Source of the DNA: a bacterium
GTDB taxonomy: Bacteria > UBA8248
Reading direction: 5' to 3'
DNA length: 64,000 nucleotides
NCBI GenBank assembly: GCA_963692865.2
Contig: OY843592.1
Coordinates: forward strand, 928,001 to 992,000
In this document: one piece after another, positions 1 to 10,229 of the stretch
How positions within the stretch are numbered: the stretch's first letter is position 1
Layout: every line of letters begins with the position of its first letter
Made by a program: the position numbers and the translations under genes
Notes under the pieces: model-generated
The model's input: only the letters and a program-made list of their open reading frames with translations
The model's database searches: none
What the model was told of the DNA's origin: nothing

Positions 1-215
1 TCGTTGCACGATAGCCATTTTGTCCTCGTAAAATATGACGCGACGCTCGGGAATGCGCCCAAAGCGCGGGGATAATGTAGGAATCGGGAGGCGATGACAA
101 GTGGAGGAAGGTTTTGTTTTTAAGTGCAGGATGCTGGAAATTCATAAATAGGATAAGATGGCCGGCGGATTCCTGAATTTCCTATCCACACTTTAATTGG
201 GAGGGGGAACTCGCC

Positions 216-1421
216 TTGAAATTTTCTTTTTTCATGATGCCGATTCACCACCCTTCAGAAAATCCATCGCTTGCCTATCAGCGTGACATCTCGCTCATCG
301 AATATGCCGATGAACTCGACTTCGATGAATTCTATATCGGTGAGCACCATTCCGGTGGGTGGGAGACGATTCCGGCGCCCGAGATGGCTCTCGCCATGGC
401 GGCGGCCAAGGCGAAGCGAATCCGTTTGGGCACTTCCGTGCTCAGCGTTCCTTTCCATCATCCGTTTCACCTGGCGGAGCGGATGGCGTTTTTGGACCAG
501 CTCACCAGGGGGCGCGTCATTTTTGGGGTGGGGCCGAGCAATCTGGTGAGCGACATCAAGCTGTTCGACATCCCGCCCGGCGATCTGCGCCCGATGCTGA
601 ACGAGTCGGTGGATATCATGGTCAGGCTCCTGGAATCGCCCGAACCTTTCGATTACGAGGGCCGGTTCTGGAAGTTGAGAAATGTGTGCCTGCAGGTACG
701 CTCCTACCAAAAGCCCAGAATGCCGCTCGCCATCGCATCAGCGGGAAGCCGTGGGGCGATAGATATGGCCGCTCGATACGAGATGATTTTGCTCTCCTTC
801 GGCGGCAAGAAAATCATGGATAACCTCGCACTCTCTGAGCAATGGCCCTATATGGAGGAATGTGCGCGAAAATACGGCACGCAAGTGTCGCGTGAGAACT
901 GGAGAATTACCACGTACGTGCATCTTGCCGAAAGCCGCGAGAAAGCGTGGGCCGATATCGAAAAGTATGCCCTTCGAGACATGAACTACTTCATGGATAT
1001 CGGTTTGAAACCTGCCTATGAGTCGTATCCTGATCAGCCGCGCTCGGAGATCACACCGAAAACCGCCGCAGAGCAAAGGTACTGGATCGTGGGCACTCCG
1101 GATGACGCGATTGAAGTAATAGAGAAAATACAGGAGGAATCAGGCGGCTTCGGCGGCCTTATGCTCACGACGCATGAATGGGTGGGCGATCAGAAAATAA
1201 GAGACTCACTCGAGTTGTTTGCGCGATACGTGATGCCGCACTTCAGGGGGCATACCGAAGATCTCCAAAACGAGTGGCGAAGACTGCAAAAGGGCGTGGC
1301 GCAAGACGAGATGCCATCGCCAGGGGGAACGCCCTCATGGGAAACACCCGGGTTGGAAGGACACAGGAGCAATTTGTTCACTTATCCGCCGCAGAGCGGG
1401 GATTTCCCAAAAGAGAACTGA
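216..1421 (+). CDS. LLM-class (luciferase-like) flavin-dependent monooxygenase
   Basis: MKFSFFMMPIH N-terminus, GEHH motif, 'AERMAFLDQLTRGR', 'ELFARYVMPHF'; TTG start after GGAGGG. Confidence 0.9.
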   Translation: MKFSFFMMPIHHPSENPSLAYQRDISLIEYADELDFDEFYIGEHHSGGWETIPAPEMALAMAAAKAKRIRLGTSVLSVPFHHPFHLAERMAFLDQLTRGRVIFGVGPSNLVSDIKLFDIPPGDLRPMLNESVDIMVRLLESPEPFDYEGRFWKLRNVCLQVRSYQKPRMPLAIASAGSRGAIDMAARYEMILLSFGGKKIMDNLALSEQWPYMEECARKYGTQVSRENWRITTYVHLAESREKAWADIEKYALRDMNYFMDIGLKPAYESYPDQPRSEITPKTAAEQRYWIVGTPDDAIEVIEKIQEESGGFGGLMLTTHEWVGDQKIRDSLELFARYVMPHFRGHTEDLQNEWRRLQKGVAQDEMPSPGGTPSWETPGLEGHRSNLFTYPPQSGDFPKEN

Positions 1422-1532
1422 TGGGAGAATAACGAGCGAGAGGGGAGGAAATCGCTCCAAATATAGTTGCGCGGTTGGCATTTTCTCCCTGTTGAACGTG
1501 GAAAAATTTAGAAATACGATGTCGGGAGGGAG

Positions 1533-2459
1533 GTGCTGAACATGGGCGTTACGTTTTTCCACGAAGCGGAGGACGCCAAAGATCCTTTGCTGATTATGGC
1601 GTTTTCCGGATGGAACGATGCGGCGGAATCCGCAACGGCGGCGGCGCGCTATCTTGCTCAAAACTTCCAGGGAAAACTGGTGGCGCGAATCCAGTCGGAT
1701 GATTTTTTCCAGTTTGCGGATCAGAGGCCGACCGTCAAACTTAGCGAATCCGGCGAACGGCAGATTACTTGGCCTACGAACGAATTTTTCTATTGCCGAA
1801 CGCCGGGTCTGTCGCGGGACCTTATTATCGGAGTCGGCTCCGAACCACATTTGAAATGGAAACATTTTAGCCGCGATGTCCTTGCGATAGGCAACCGCTT
1901 CGGTGCGCGGATGATCGTTACGATGGGGGCTTTGCTCGCGGGAGACTTACATACCCAACCCAGCCGCTTGATGGCCATCGCAACAGATCCGTCGTTGGTG
2001 GAACCCTCGGGCGTGGAGATAACGCGTTATGAAGGCCCTACGGGCATTGTGGGCGTCATCCATACGCTCATGCAGGATGAGGGTTTTCCGGCGGTCAGCT
2101 TGTGGGTGAACGTGCCCCATTACATCGCATCTCTCTCCAACCCGAAGGCTACGCGCGCGCTGTTGGATAAACTGAGCGCCTTGGGTGGTTTTGAAATTTC
2201 CCTGGAGGATTTTGACGTCGCCATCGATACGTTCGATGGACAAGTTGAAAAAATCATCGCCAAAGATCCTCGCATCGCAAAATATGTAGAGGATATACAA
2301 AAAGGCCAGATACCCGATGACATCCCAGGCCTTGATTTTGAAGATGCGTTCGATGGAGAACTCGAGGAAGATGAGGAAAAGTTGCCTCCCGGTTCCGAGG
2401 TGGCTGACGAAATAGAACGCTTGTTCCGGAGAAAACCCGACGGACCTGAGTCGGAATAG
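1533..2459 (+). CDS. PAC2-family (proteasome assembly chaperone-like) protein
   Basis: 'AFSGWNDAAESAT', 'YEGPTGIVG', 'LWVNVPHY' motifs and acidic tail ending 'EIERLFR'. Confidence 0.85.
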   Translation: MLNMGVTFFHEAEDAKDPLLIMAFSGWNDAAESATAAARYLAQNFQGKLVARIQSDDFFQFADQRPTVKLSESGERQITWPTNEFFYCRTPGLSRDLIIGVGSEPHLKWKHFSRDVLAIGNRFGARMIVTMGALLAGDLHTQPSRLMAIATDPSLVEPSGVEITRYEGPTGIVGVIHTLMQDEGFPAVSLWVNVPHYIASLSNPKATRALLDKLSALGGFEISLEDFDVAIDTFDGQVEKIIAKDPRIAKYVEDIQKGQIPDDIPGLDFEDAFDGELEEDEEKLPPGSEVADEIERLFRRKPDGPESE

Positions 2460-2542
2460 GCGATTGACGACTGTTTCTTTGTAACCATGCGAGTCGATTT
2501 TTCATATCGAAAACATGAGTTTTCCAAAAGCGGAGGTTTGTA

Positions 2543-4873
2543 ATGTCGGAGCGTTTTTACCAGGAGATGTTCGGCGGACCCGATGATGACGGGGACTTCA
2601 TCGGCGCCGACATGCCAAGGGTGGATGGTCCTCCCAAGGCGGATGGTTCACCCGTATTCGCTGCGGATCACAAACTTATCAATCCGCTGTACGTCGTTCC
2701 TGTGCCGGCTCCCATCCCTTGTGGAACTCTGGAGCGAGTCGATACGACGGAGGCGGAAAATGCGCCGGGCGTCGCCTGTGTCCTGACCGCCAAGGACATT
2801 CCCGGCCAGAAACTCTACGGGATGATCATCCCCGACCAGCCGGCTTTTGTCGATAAGCGCATCTATTCGCTTCAAGACGTCGTGGCCGTTGTAGCGGCGG
2901 ATACGCTGGAGCAGGCGGAGTTCGCGGCCGGTCTGGTGAAAATGAAGACAAAGGCGCTCCCGGCCGTTTTTGAAACACAAGACGCCTTGAAGGATGACGC
3001 CCCCATCGTGCAGCCGGAACATCCGGTGGCCAAAGGCAATGTGCTTACCCACTTGAAGATCCGAAAGGGAGACGTTGAAAAAGGCTTCGCCGAAGCGGAT
3101 GTGGTGCTGGAAAATACCTACGAAACGCAGTTCATCGATCACGCTTACCTCGAACCCGATGCGGGTTATGTGGTTCCCAATCCCGATGGCTCAATTACCT
3201 GCACCGGGCCCACCCAGTGCCCGCATATGGTGAGGCGCGTTATTGCGCCGGTTCTGGGGTTGGGGCAGAACGAAATCCAGTTCATCTCCACGCCGCCGGG
3301 CGGCGGTTTCGGCGGAAAGGAGGAAACCTCCATCGAAATCGCCATGCGGGCGGGCCTGGTCGCGCTCAAAACCCGTCGCCCCGCCATCTATAACTACACG
3401 AGGGAAGAATCCCTGGGCGGCAAGGCGAAAAGAGTGCCCGCCGTAATCCGGCATAAGATCGGCGCCAGGAATGACGGCAAAATCACCGCCATGCGCATCG
3501 ACATTTATCTGAACAAGGGTCCATACGCCGCGGTAGGGCCCGGCATCATCAAAAAACTCATCATTCATTCCTCCGGCGCTTATGAATGCGACAACGTCTG
3601 GGCCGATGGTTACCTCGTTCTGACGAACAACATCAACACTTGCGCGATGCGGGGTTTGGGCGTTCCCCAGGTGCACTTCGCGATCGAAAGCCAGATGGAC
3701 GAGTTGGCCCTCTCGCTTGAAATGGATCCCTTCGAACTGAGGCGATTGAACGGCTACAAAGTCGGCTCCTCCACCGCAACCCGCCAGATGCTGGATCAGA
3801 GCGTCGGGTACATGGATTGTCTCGACCAAGCGGAGAAGGCGCTCGGCCCGCATCCGCGGGAAAGCGCGAACGGCGACGGCCTTCTGTATGGCCGCGGCAT
3901 GGCGGGGTTTTGGTATTCCACGGGCGCGGCATCGCCCTCGGATTCCTGTGGCGCGCAGATTCATGTAACCGATGACGGGAAGGTGCAGGTGGGTGTCGGC
4001 ATCATCGAACTCGGGCAGGGCTCCCACACCGTGCTCGCCCAGATTGCGGCCGAAGCGATGGGCGTTCGTTTTGAGGATGTGCGCATCATGCAAGTGGATA
4101 CGGATGCCGTTCCGGAGAGTGGCTTTACGGCGGGTTCACGTTCCACCACCATTCCCGGCAATGCGATATGCGAAGCCATCGCGGAAGTTCGGGGAATTCT
4201 GGCTCCGGTGGCGGGGGAGATGCTCGAAGGGCCGGTCGAAGACGTGGCCTTCAAGGGTGGGCGGGTTTTCATCAAGAGCGCGCCCGAACGTTCCATCTCG
4301 TTTGGGGAGGTGGTCTCACAGGCGCTTTTGGTCGGCGAGCAGATTACGGGCCAGGGCTGGTTCAGCACCGGTCCTCTGACGTTCAACCCCGAAACCGGAG
4401 AGGGCAGGCCTTTCATGGTGTACAGCTATGGCGTACAGGTGGCGGACGTGGCGGTCGACCCGGATACGGGAGAAGTTTGGGTGAAGCGCATGGTCGCCGC
4501 CCATGACGTGGGGCGGGCCATCAACCCGCAAGGGGTAATCGGGCAGATACAGGGAGGCATCGAGATGGGTCTCGGGCAGGCCCTGATTGAGGAAATCGAC
4601 GTGCATGACGGTCGCGTGCTCACACCGGATCTGGCGCGATACGAGATTCCCGTATCGATGGATACGCCCGAGTTCACGACCATCATCGTGGAAGAAGCCA
4701 ATGCCACCGGCCCCTACGGCGCCAAGGGCGTGGGAGAGAGTTCTCTGGTGCCCACGTTGGCCGCGATTTCCAATGCCGTGCGTGATGCCGTCGGTCATCG
4801 ATTCACCAAGTTGCCCATCACGCCGGAGAGCGTCGCCATGGCCATTCACAAAGAAGGCATCTTGGCAGGGTAG
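2543..4873 (+). CDS. Xanthine dehydrogenase-family molybdopterin-binding subunit
   Basis: GGGFGGKE, AMRGLGVPQ, ELGQGSHT, HDVGRAINP, GAKGVGE motifs; GGAGG RBS. Confidence 0.92.
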   Translation: MSERFYQEMFGGPDDDGDFIGADMPRVDGPPKADGSPVFAADHKLINPLYVVPVPAPIPCGTLERVDTTEAENAPGVACVLTAKDIPGQKLYGMIIPDQPAFVDKRIYSLQDVVAVVAADTLEQAEFAAGLVKMKTKALPAVFETQDALKDDAPIVQPEHPVAKGNVLTHLKIRKGDVEKGFAEADVVLENTYETQFIDHAYLEPDAGYVVPNPDGSITCTGPTQCPHMVRRVIAPVLGLGQNEIQFISTPPGGGFGGKEETSIEIAMRAGLVALKTRRPAIYNYTREESLGGKAKRVPAVIRHKIGARNDGKITAMRIDIYLNKGPYAAVGPGIIKKLIIHSSGAYECDNVWADGYLVLTNNINTCAMRGLGVPQVHFAIESQMDELALSLEMDPFELRRLNGYKVGSSTATRQMLDQSVGYMDCLDQAEKALGPHPRESANGDGLLYGRGMAGFWYSTGAASPSDSCGAQIHVTDDGKVQVGVGIIELGQGSHTVLAQIAAEAMGVRFEDVRIMQVDTDAVPESGFTAGSRSTTIPGNAICEAIAEVRGILAPVAGEMLEGPVEDVAFKGGRVFIKSAPERSISFGEVVSQALLVGEQITGQGWFSTGPLTFNPETGEGRPFMVYSYGVQVADVAVDPDTGEVWVKRMVAAHDVGRAINPQGVIGQIQGGIEMGLGQALIEEIDVHDGRVLTPDLARYEIPVSMDTPEFTTIIVEEANATGPYGAKGVGESSLVPTLAAISNAVRDAVGHRFTKLPITPESVAMAIHKEGILAG

Positions 4874-4892
4874 CCAAAAAGGAAGATTGAAC

Positions 4893-4929
4893 AAACCGGG
4901 CAAATGGACTCCGTGCCCGGTTTTGTTTT
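4893..4929 (+). terminator. Putative Rho-independent terminator
   Basis: AAACCGGGCA...TGCCCGGTTT stem followed by a T-rich tract just downstream of the XDH gene. Confidence 0.6.
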
Positions 4930-4980
4930 GCTCTAGATGCGCATAAATGGCGTGATTTCGACCAAAAAGAGGGGCGCGCG

Positions 4981-6048
4981 ATGCGGGCCTTCGTGATGGC
5001 GGCGGGGTATGGAAAAAGATTGGGAGCGCTGGGAGAAGAAATTCCCAAACCTCTCTTGCCCTTGGGCGGAGTGCCGCTTATCGGGTTTGCGTTGGAGAAA
5101 TTGGCTGCTGTAGGCGTGAGAGAGGTTGCGGTCAATTTACACCATGGCGCGGAGAAAATTCGCTCTGCTTTGGGAAATTATGCGTATGGCGTCCAGATTC
5201 ACTATTTTCATGAGCAGGAGATTTTGGGCACCGCAGGCGGAATCAAGAATGCGGAGGCGTTTTTGTGCGAGAAAAGCGAGCCTTTTTTCGTCATCAACGC
5301 GGATGCGCCTTGTGGCGCGGATTTGAAAACGGCACTGGCCCATCACCAAAAGGGCGGTTTTCTCGTCACCCTCATTCTCAGGCGCTCGCCCGAGGCTGAA
5401 AAATACGGTGTGCTCGAGTTCGATGAGGAGGGGCGTTTGCGAAAATTCCTGGGCGCGAGCGCTCCCGGAAGTCCACGTGGCGGGTCGTGTCAGGCGATGT
5501 TCACCGGGTTGAGCGTCATGTCTCCTGAAATGTTGAGTCATATCCCGGCCGGAGCGGCGTCGGACATTTCGTCGCAGATTTATCCCGGGTTGATGAGGAA
5601 AGGCGCGCGGATCGGAGCGGTTTCGAGTGGTTCCTACTGGATGGACGCCGGCTCTCCGGCCCGGTATCTGCAGGCGAACGTAGATATCATGTCCGGTGCG
5701 TTTGCGCCCGGTTTCAGTTGGCCGCAAAACGGGTTTTTGTTGATTGAAGGCCCCTCCATGAAGTGGGGGGAGGGAAGCATCGAGCCGCCCGTCCTGCTAG
5801 GTCCCGACGTCGTGATCCGCAAGAATGCGAAAGCGGGCCCCTTCACTGCAGTCATGGCGGGTGCTACCCTTGGGGATAACGCTGCGGCGCGGGAATCCAT
5901 CGTCTTTTCGGACGGAATGATAGATGAGAATTCCGTATTGAAAAGGTGTATCGTAGGAGAGAACGCCAGGGCTTCATGCGGCGGCGGTGAGGTTTGCGAA
6001 ACGGTGTTTCTGCGCAACAATGAACAGTCGAATTTTCATGACGCATGA
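4981..6048 (+). CDS. NDP-sugar synthase / nucleotidyltransferase (mannose-1-P guanylyltransferase-like)
   Basis: MAAGYGKRL...PKPLLP, 'EILGTAGGIKNA', WMDAG, C-terminal hexapeptide-like region. Confidence 0.88.
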   Translation: MRAFVMAAGYGKRLGALGEEIPKPLLPLGGVPLIGFALEKLAAVGVREVAVNLHHGAEKIRSALGNYAYGVQIHYFHEQEILGTAGGIKNAEAFLCEKSEPFFVINADAPCGADLKTALAHHQKGGFLVTLILRRSPEAEKYGVLEFDEEGRLRKFLGASAPGSPRGGSCQAMFTGLSVMSPEMLSHIPAGAASDISSQIYPGLMRKGARIGAVSSGSYWMDAGSPARYLQANVDIMSGAFAPGFSWPQNGFLLIEGPSMKWGEGSIEPPVLLGPDVVIRKNAKAGPFTAVMAGATLGDNAAARESIVFSDGMIDENSVLKRCIVGENARASCGGGEVCETVFLRNNEQSNFHDA

Positions 6049-6079
6049 ATCGATAAAATTGCATCGCGCGAAGGAGTGG

Positions 6080-7690
6080 ATGTTGAAGGAACCGACTACC
6101 AGGACATCGCTGGCCGCAGGACGTTCTCCCGTATTCGCCACGGGAGGCCTGGTGGCCACCAGCCAGCCCCTGGCCGCCGAGGCGGGTCTCCAAATCCTCA
6201 AAGAAGGCGGAAACGCCATGGACGCGGCAATCGCGGCGGCGGCGGCGTTGAATGTCGTGGAGCCGCAGTCCACAGGCGTTGGCGGGGATATGTTCATGCT
6301 CTATTGGGACGCCGGTTCGAAGGAGCTTCTGGGCTTGAACGGCAGCGGAAAGAGTCCGGCCAAGGCGGCGCTCCCGCGCTACCGGGAATTTTCCTCCATG
6401 CCGGAGACGGGAATTTATTCTTGCACCCTCCCCGGCGCCGTGGATGGCTGGTTCGCCGCCCACGAGCGATGCGGCAGCGGCAAGAAGAAGATGCCGGAGC
6501 TCCTGCGGCCTGCGATTCGATATGCCGAAGACGGCTTTCCCCTCTCCCCCATCATCGCCCGCGCGTGGGCGAACCAGACGGAAAAGCTGAAGAAATGCGC
6601 ATACTCGAGGCGAACCTATCTGCCGGCCGGGCGCCCGCCGAAGATCGGAGAGAGATTCCGGAACCCGAAGCTGGGCGAGTCCTTGCGGGCGATAGCCGCC
6701 GGCGGGCGTGAGGCGTTCTACGAAGGCCCGATAGCCGAGGAGATAGTCCGCTGCACGAAGGAAATCGGGGGTTTGTTCGAGTTGGAAGATTTCGCCGCCG
6801 TGAAATGCGAATGGGTGGAGCCGATACGCGCAAACTACCGCGGCCATGAACTTTGCGAGATACCGCCCTCGGGGCAGGGCGTCACGGCGCTGGTATGCCT
6901 GAACCTCATCGACGCGTACCCTCTGGCGGAGATGAGCTACGGCTCGGCCGAGCATCTCCACGTCGTGATCGAGGCGATGAAACTCGCCTTTGCGGACAGG
7001 GATCGCTACGTCGCGGATATGGCCAAGGCGGACGTGCCTCTCACGGGGCTTCTATCCCCGGGATATGCCGATGAGCGGCGAAAGCTCATCGATGAGAAGA
7101 AAGCCGGCAGTCCGGGCGCCGGAATTCCGGCAGCCTGGAACGACACGATTTACCTCACCACGGCGGATTCCCGCGGCAACATGTGCTCGTTCATCAACAG
7201 CCTGTTCCATCATTTCGGCTCGGGCGTCACCGGGGGCGAGACGGGCATCATGCTCCAGAACCGGGGGAGCGGCTTCGTGCTGGATGAGGGCCACCCGAAC
7301 TGCATCGCGCCCGGAAAGCGGCCCCTGCACACCATCATTCCCGGTTTCGTGATGAAGGACGGGGAGCCCTGGATGAGTTTCGGCGTCATGGGAGGCGACA
7401 TGCAGCCGCAGGGCCACGTGCAGGTGCTCTCGAACATGGTGGATTTCGGCATGGACGTCCAGGAGGCCATCGAGGCGCCGCGGTTCCGCGTTCTGGGCGG
7501 TCGCGCGGTGGCGATAGAGAGCGGCGTGCCGGAAGACGTGCTCCGTGAGCTGGAGTCGCGCGGCCACGATGTCCGCCGCGCGGGCGGCTACGAGGGATTC
7601 GGCGGCGGACAGGGGATCGTCCGGCTCGATGACGGCGTGTTCATGGGTGGTTCCGACCACCGGAGGGACGGCTGCGCGGCCGGTTTCTAG
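6080..7690 (+). CDS. ggt: Gamma-glutamyltransferase family protein
   Basis: GGNAMDAAIA, GVGGDMF, 'DTIYL' nucleophile Thr, KRPLHTIIPG, GGDMQPQG; AAGGAG RBS before ATG at 6080. Confidence 0.92.
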   Translation: MLKEPTTRTSLAAGRSPVFATGGLVATSQPLAAEAGLQILKEGGNAMDAAIAAAAALNVVEPQSTGVGGDMFMLYWDAGSKELLGLNGSGKSPAKAALPRYREFSSMPETGIYSCTLPGAVDGWFAAHERCGSGKKKMPELLRPAIRYAEDGFPLSPIIARAWANQTEKLKKCAYSRRTYLPAGRPPKIGERFRNPKLGESLRAIAAGGREAFYEGPIAEEIVRCTKEIGGLFELEDFAAVKCEWVEPIRANYRGHELCEIPPSGQGVTALVCLNLIDAYPLAEMSYGSAEHLHVVIEAMKLAFADRDRYVADMAKADVPLTGLLSPGYADERRKLIDEKKAGSPGAGIPAAWNDTIYLTTADSRGNMCSFINSLFHHFGSGVTGGETGIMLQNRGSGFVLDEGHPNCIAPGKRPLHTIIPGFVMKDGEPWMSFGVMGGDMQPQGHVQVLSNMVDFGMDVQEAIEAPRFRVLGGRAVAIESGVPEDVLRELESRGHDVRRAGGYEGFGGGQGIVRLDDGVFMGGSDHRRDGCAAGF

Positions 7691-7745
7691 TCGTTCCGTA
7701 GAACCGGGTCGGTCCGGGGTTGGCGGCGTCGAGGGGCTTTTCGCC

Positions 7746-8594
7746 ATGAAGCGTTTGCTGGTGCTGATTCTCATTGCAGGCCCTTTCCTGGCCGCTCAAC
7801 CGGCGGTTTCCGCGTCGGATTGCCCCCTCAAAGGCCGCCCCGCGGGCGCCGGCCGCTGGACGCGGCTGGGGTCTCCGCCGCTGGATACGCGCGACGTCCG
7901 GATCCGCTTCGAGAACGGCGCGACCGCGCGCATGAAGGCGGTCCGGCTCGCGCCGCGCGAGTTTGATATCCGCCTCCACTGGCGCGACAGGTCGGAATGG
8001 TTCCTGCCGGTCGACTTGCGGGTTCTCGGCGGGAAGCTGGGCGCCGCCGTGGTTTTGAACGCCGGTTATTACGACGGGAAGGGCCGTCCCCTGGGGTATT
8101 TCCGCTCGGGCGGCACGGTGTTCAACAGCCGCGTGCTGCACCGCGGACGCAGTACCTTCCTGCACTACGGGGCGCTCTTCACGGTGGGGCGGGAAGACGG
8201 GCGGCCCCGAATCGTCTCCCGCGGGAAGTTCGAGGATGCGGGCGTCGGCGAAGCCTTTCAGGCGGGGCCTCTCCTCGTGAAGGACGGGCGGCCGGTCCGG
8301 GGGCTGTCCCGGTACCGGGAGTACCTGCGCGCCACGAGGCGGACGGTGGTCGGCCTGGACGCCGGGGAGCGGCTCGTCGTCCTGGTGAGCGAGGCCGAGA
8401 CGCGCGGCGTCTCCTGGTGCGAGCTGCAGGCGTTTCTCGTTCTGCCCGAATCGAGGGGCGGCCTCGGCGTCCGCGACGCCATGAACCTGGACGGCGGGGC
8501 GAGTTCGCAGTTGTGGGTGCGCGGCGGAATCGAGGTTCCCGGCCGTCCCGCGCCGACGTATTTAATCGCCTCGCCGAGGTCGAAAACCAGATAA
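7746..8594 (+). CDS. Secreted phosphodiester glycosidase (NAGPA-like) family protein
   Basis: Signal peptide MKRLLVLILIAG; NAGYY, QAGPLLV, RRTVVG, AMNLDGGASS motifs. Confidence 0.8.
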   Translation: MKRLLVLILIAGPFLAAQPAVSASDCPLKGRPAGAGRWTRLGSPPLDTRDVRIRFENGATARMKAVRLAPREFDIRLHWRDRSEWFLPVDLRVLGGKLGAAVVLNAGYYDGKGRPLGYFRSGGTVFNSRVLHRGRSTFLHYGALFTVGREDGRPRIVSRGKFEDAGVGEAFQAGPLLVKDGRPVRGLSRYREYLRATRRTVVGLDAGERLVVLVSEAETRGVSWCELQAFLVLPESRGGLGVRDAMNLDGGASSQLWVRGGIEVPGRPAPTYLIASPRSKTR

Positions 8595-8626
8595 CTCCAT
8601 ATTTATCAATCAGATAATCTTTCAGG

Positions 8627-8682
8627 AATTTATCGAAAAACGTCGTGAATTTATCCGAATTTATACAATTTTTCAGGAATTC
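8627..8682. repeat. AT-rich dispersed repeat, copy A (AATTTATC-type units)
   Basis: Ungapped 44/56 identity (hand alignment) to 54205-54260. Confidence 0.75.
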
Positions 8683-8877
8683 GAAGCGGGGCGTTTTCGT
8701 TCCGCCTGCCGGACGCGCCGTCGTTCCGGCGTCCCCGTGAGCGTCGCGTTTTCCCGTCTTGCCCGAGCGCATGAAAATTCCTCCTCGCGGCGGATTCTGC
8801 CGCATCCCGGCGGGAGCGCGATGACGGCAAATGCGCGGAAATGCGGACGCGCCGGATTTTGCAGGGGCGGCGTACGG

Positions 8878-9116
8878 GGCTGTTGAAAACCCTATGTATC
8901 CCCCGGTCGGCGACGTGATGATCCCGTAGCAGGACAACCCTTTGGGGTTGTCCGAGGCCTCCGTGCCTGTCCTGCTACGCAAAACGTGATGGTATTGTAG
9001 GTCAGACATAGATGTCTGACATATTATGCGGCCCGCGTGCCCCTAACGGGGAGGGTCGCATGTATGCGACCCCTACACACAAACACATTTTTCCTCTCCG
9101 ACTTTTTCAACAAGCC
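8878..9116. mobile_element. MITE-like element with GGCTGTTGAAAA / TTTTTCAACAAGCC ends and REP-like hairpin cargo
   Basis: Terminal IRs match other copies; internal CGTAGCAGGACA...TGTCCTGCTACG (8925-8979) and GGGTCGCATGTATGCGACCCCTAC; no TSD seen. Confidence 0.65.
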
Positions 9117-9169
9117 CTCAATGGGGGGTAGGGGGGGTGGTTTTCGGGCGAAAGGCTGTTTTCCGGCGT

Positions 9170-9490
9170 CCCTCGATACGGCCCTTGCGGGCCTGCTCGG
9201 GCGGGGCGGGGATTGCCCCCGCGCATGGTTCCGCCCGTCGCGCCGGAACCCTCTCGTCCGGCATCCCGCAGGGGCGGTTCGCGAACCGCCCTCCTTCCCG
9301 AACGGGGGAAAATCCCGGCCTTAAGGCGAAATATCGGCGGCTTATCCTGCAATAGACGGGGCAAATCCAATCGATAAGGACGTGTCGAAAAACCCCCGCG
9401 CGCGACCCCTGCAAACCGCCAACGCCTCTTGCCTCACCCTGCTTAGCCGCGATCGAAGGGGACGCTCCCTTCGACGGGCTCGGGACGACA
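9170..9490. repeat. Cluster of REP-like palindromes
   Basis: CCTCGATACGGCCCTTGCGGGCC (also near 17083), GCAGGGGCGGTTCGCGAACCGCCC, CCTCACCCTG...TCGAAGGG...CCCTTCGA. Confidence 0.6.
9314..9353 (+). repeat. Direct repeat, copy 1 (31 bp exact; 38/40)
   Basis: CCCGGCCTTAAGGCGAAATATCGGCGGCTTA identical at 10656-10686. Confidence 0.9.
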
Positions 9491-9609
9491 CATAACATGA
9501 CGACCGACCAAAGCCTTGCCCTTCCCCGTCCATTTCCATTACACTTCATGTGCTTCGAGTGCTTCATGCCGGATGAAAATCAGTTTCGCCGCTAAGTGGA
9601 AGCCCGCTC

Positions 9610-10197
9610 ATGTCTGCCATATCGACGCAACTTTTCAATATCGTCGTCGAGTCCATGAAAGGGAATTTCGTTCTGGTCTTGGCGGGACTTGTTGTGCTTG
9701 CCGTTTTAGTGACATACCGGTTCACGAAATGGAAAACGGAAGTCGATCTTGCAAGAACTGATTTGCAAACCAGATTCGATGCCCTGAGAACGGACCTGAA
9801 GGAATTCATGCAGGAAATACGGGATGATATCAAGTCCATTCGAGGGCGGCTGCCTCCCCAGGCGATTGTATCGGAAAGCCCTCTTCGTCTGACTGATTTT
9901 GGAGAAAAAATCGCCGAAGAAGTACAAGTGGACGAATGGGTTTCAGGATACGTAGAGGAGTTGTTGAATCGCGTAGCGGACAGCACCCCATATGCGATTC
10001 AGAAGTTGTGCTTTGATTACGCCCAAAAAGAACTTCTTGTCGATTTGAAAAAAAACTCCCCCGACGCTTCATGGGAAGAGACGTTCAAGGCGGCCGCGTA
10101 CAATAATGGGGTTAATTTGGCCCAGGTAATGGACGTCGTCGGCTTGGTGCTCCGGGACAAATTGCTGGAACTGTTGAATATCGACCGGCCCGAGTAA
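9610..10197 (+). CDS. Hypothetical protein: N-terminal TM helix, coiled coil, 'SPLRLT' domain
   Basis: 195-aa ORF of lower GC; hydrophobic FVLVLAGLVVLAVLV followed by a heptad-like segment. Confidence 0.75.
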   Translation: MSAISTQLFNIVVESMKGNFVLVLAGLVVLAVLVTYRFTKWKTEVDLARTDLQTRFDALRTDLKEFMQEIRDDIKSIRGRLPPQAIVSESPLRLTDFGEKIAEEVQVDEWVSGYVEELLNRVADSTPYAIQKLCFDYAQKELLVDLKKNSPDASWEETFKAAAYNNGVNLAQVMDVVGLVLRDKLLELLNIDRPE

Positions 10198-10229
10198 ATC
10201 GCCGGCTTTCATGAAGAGGATTCGTTCTC

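Noticed and set aside
9314-9362. Tn3-like 38-bp terminal repeat (reverse strand ends CCTTAAG)
   Set aside because: Lacks the GGGG terminus, the copies are direct rather than inverted, and no transposase or resolvase is present.
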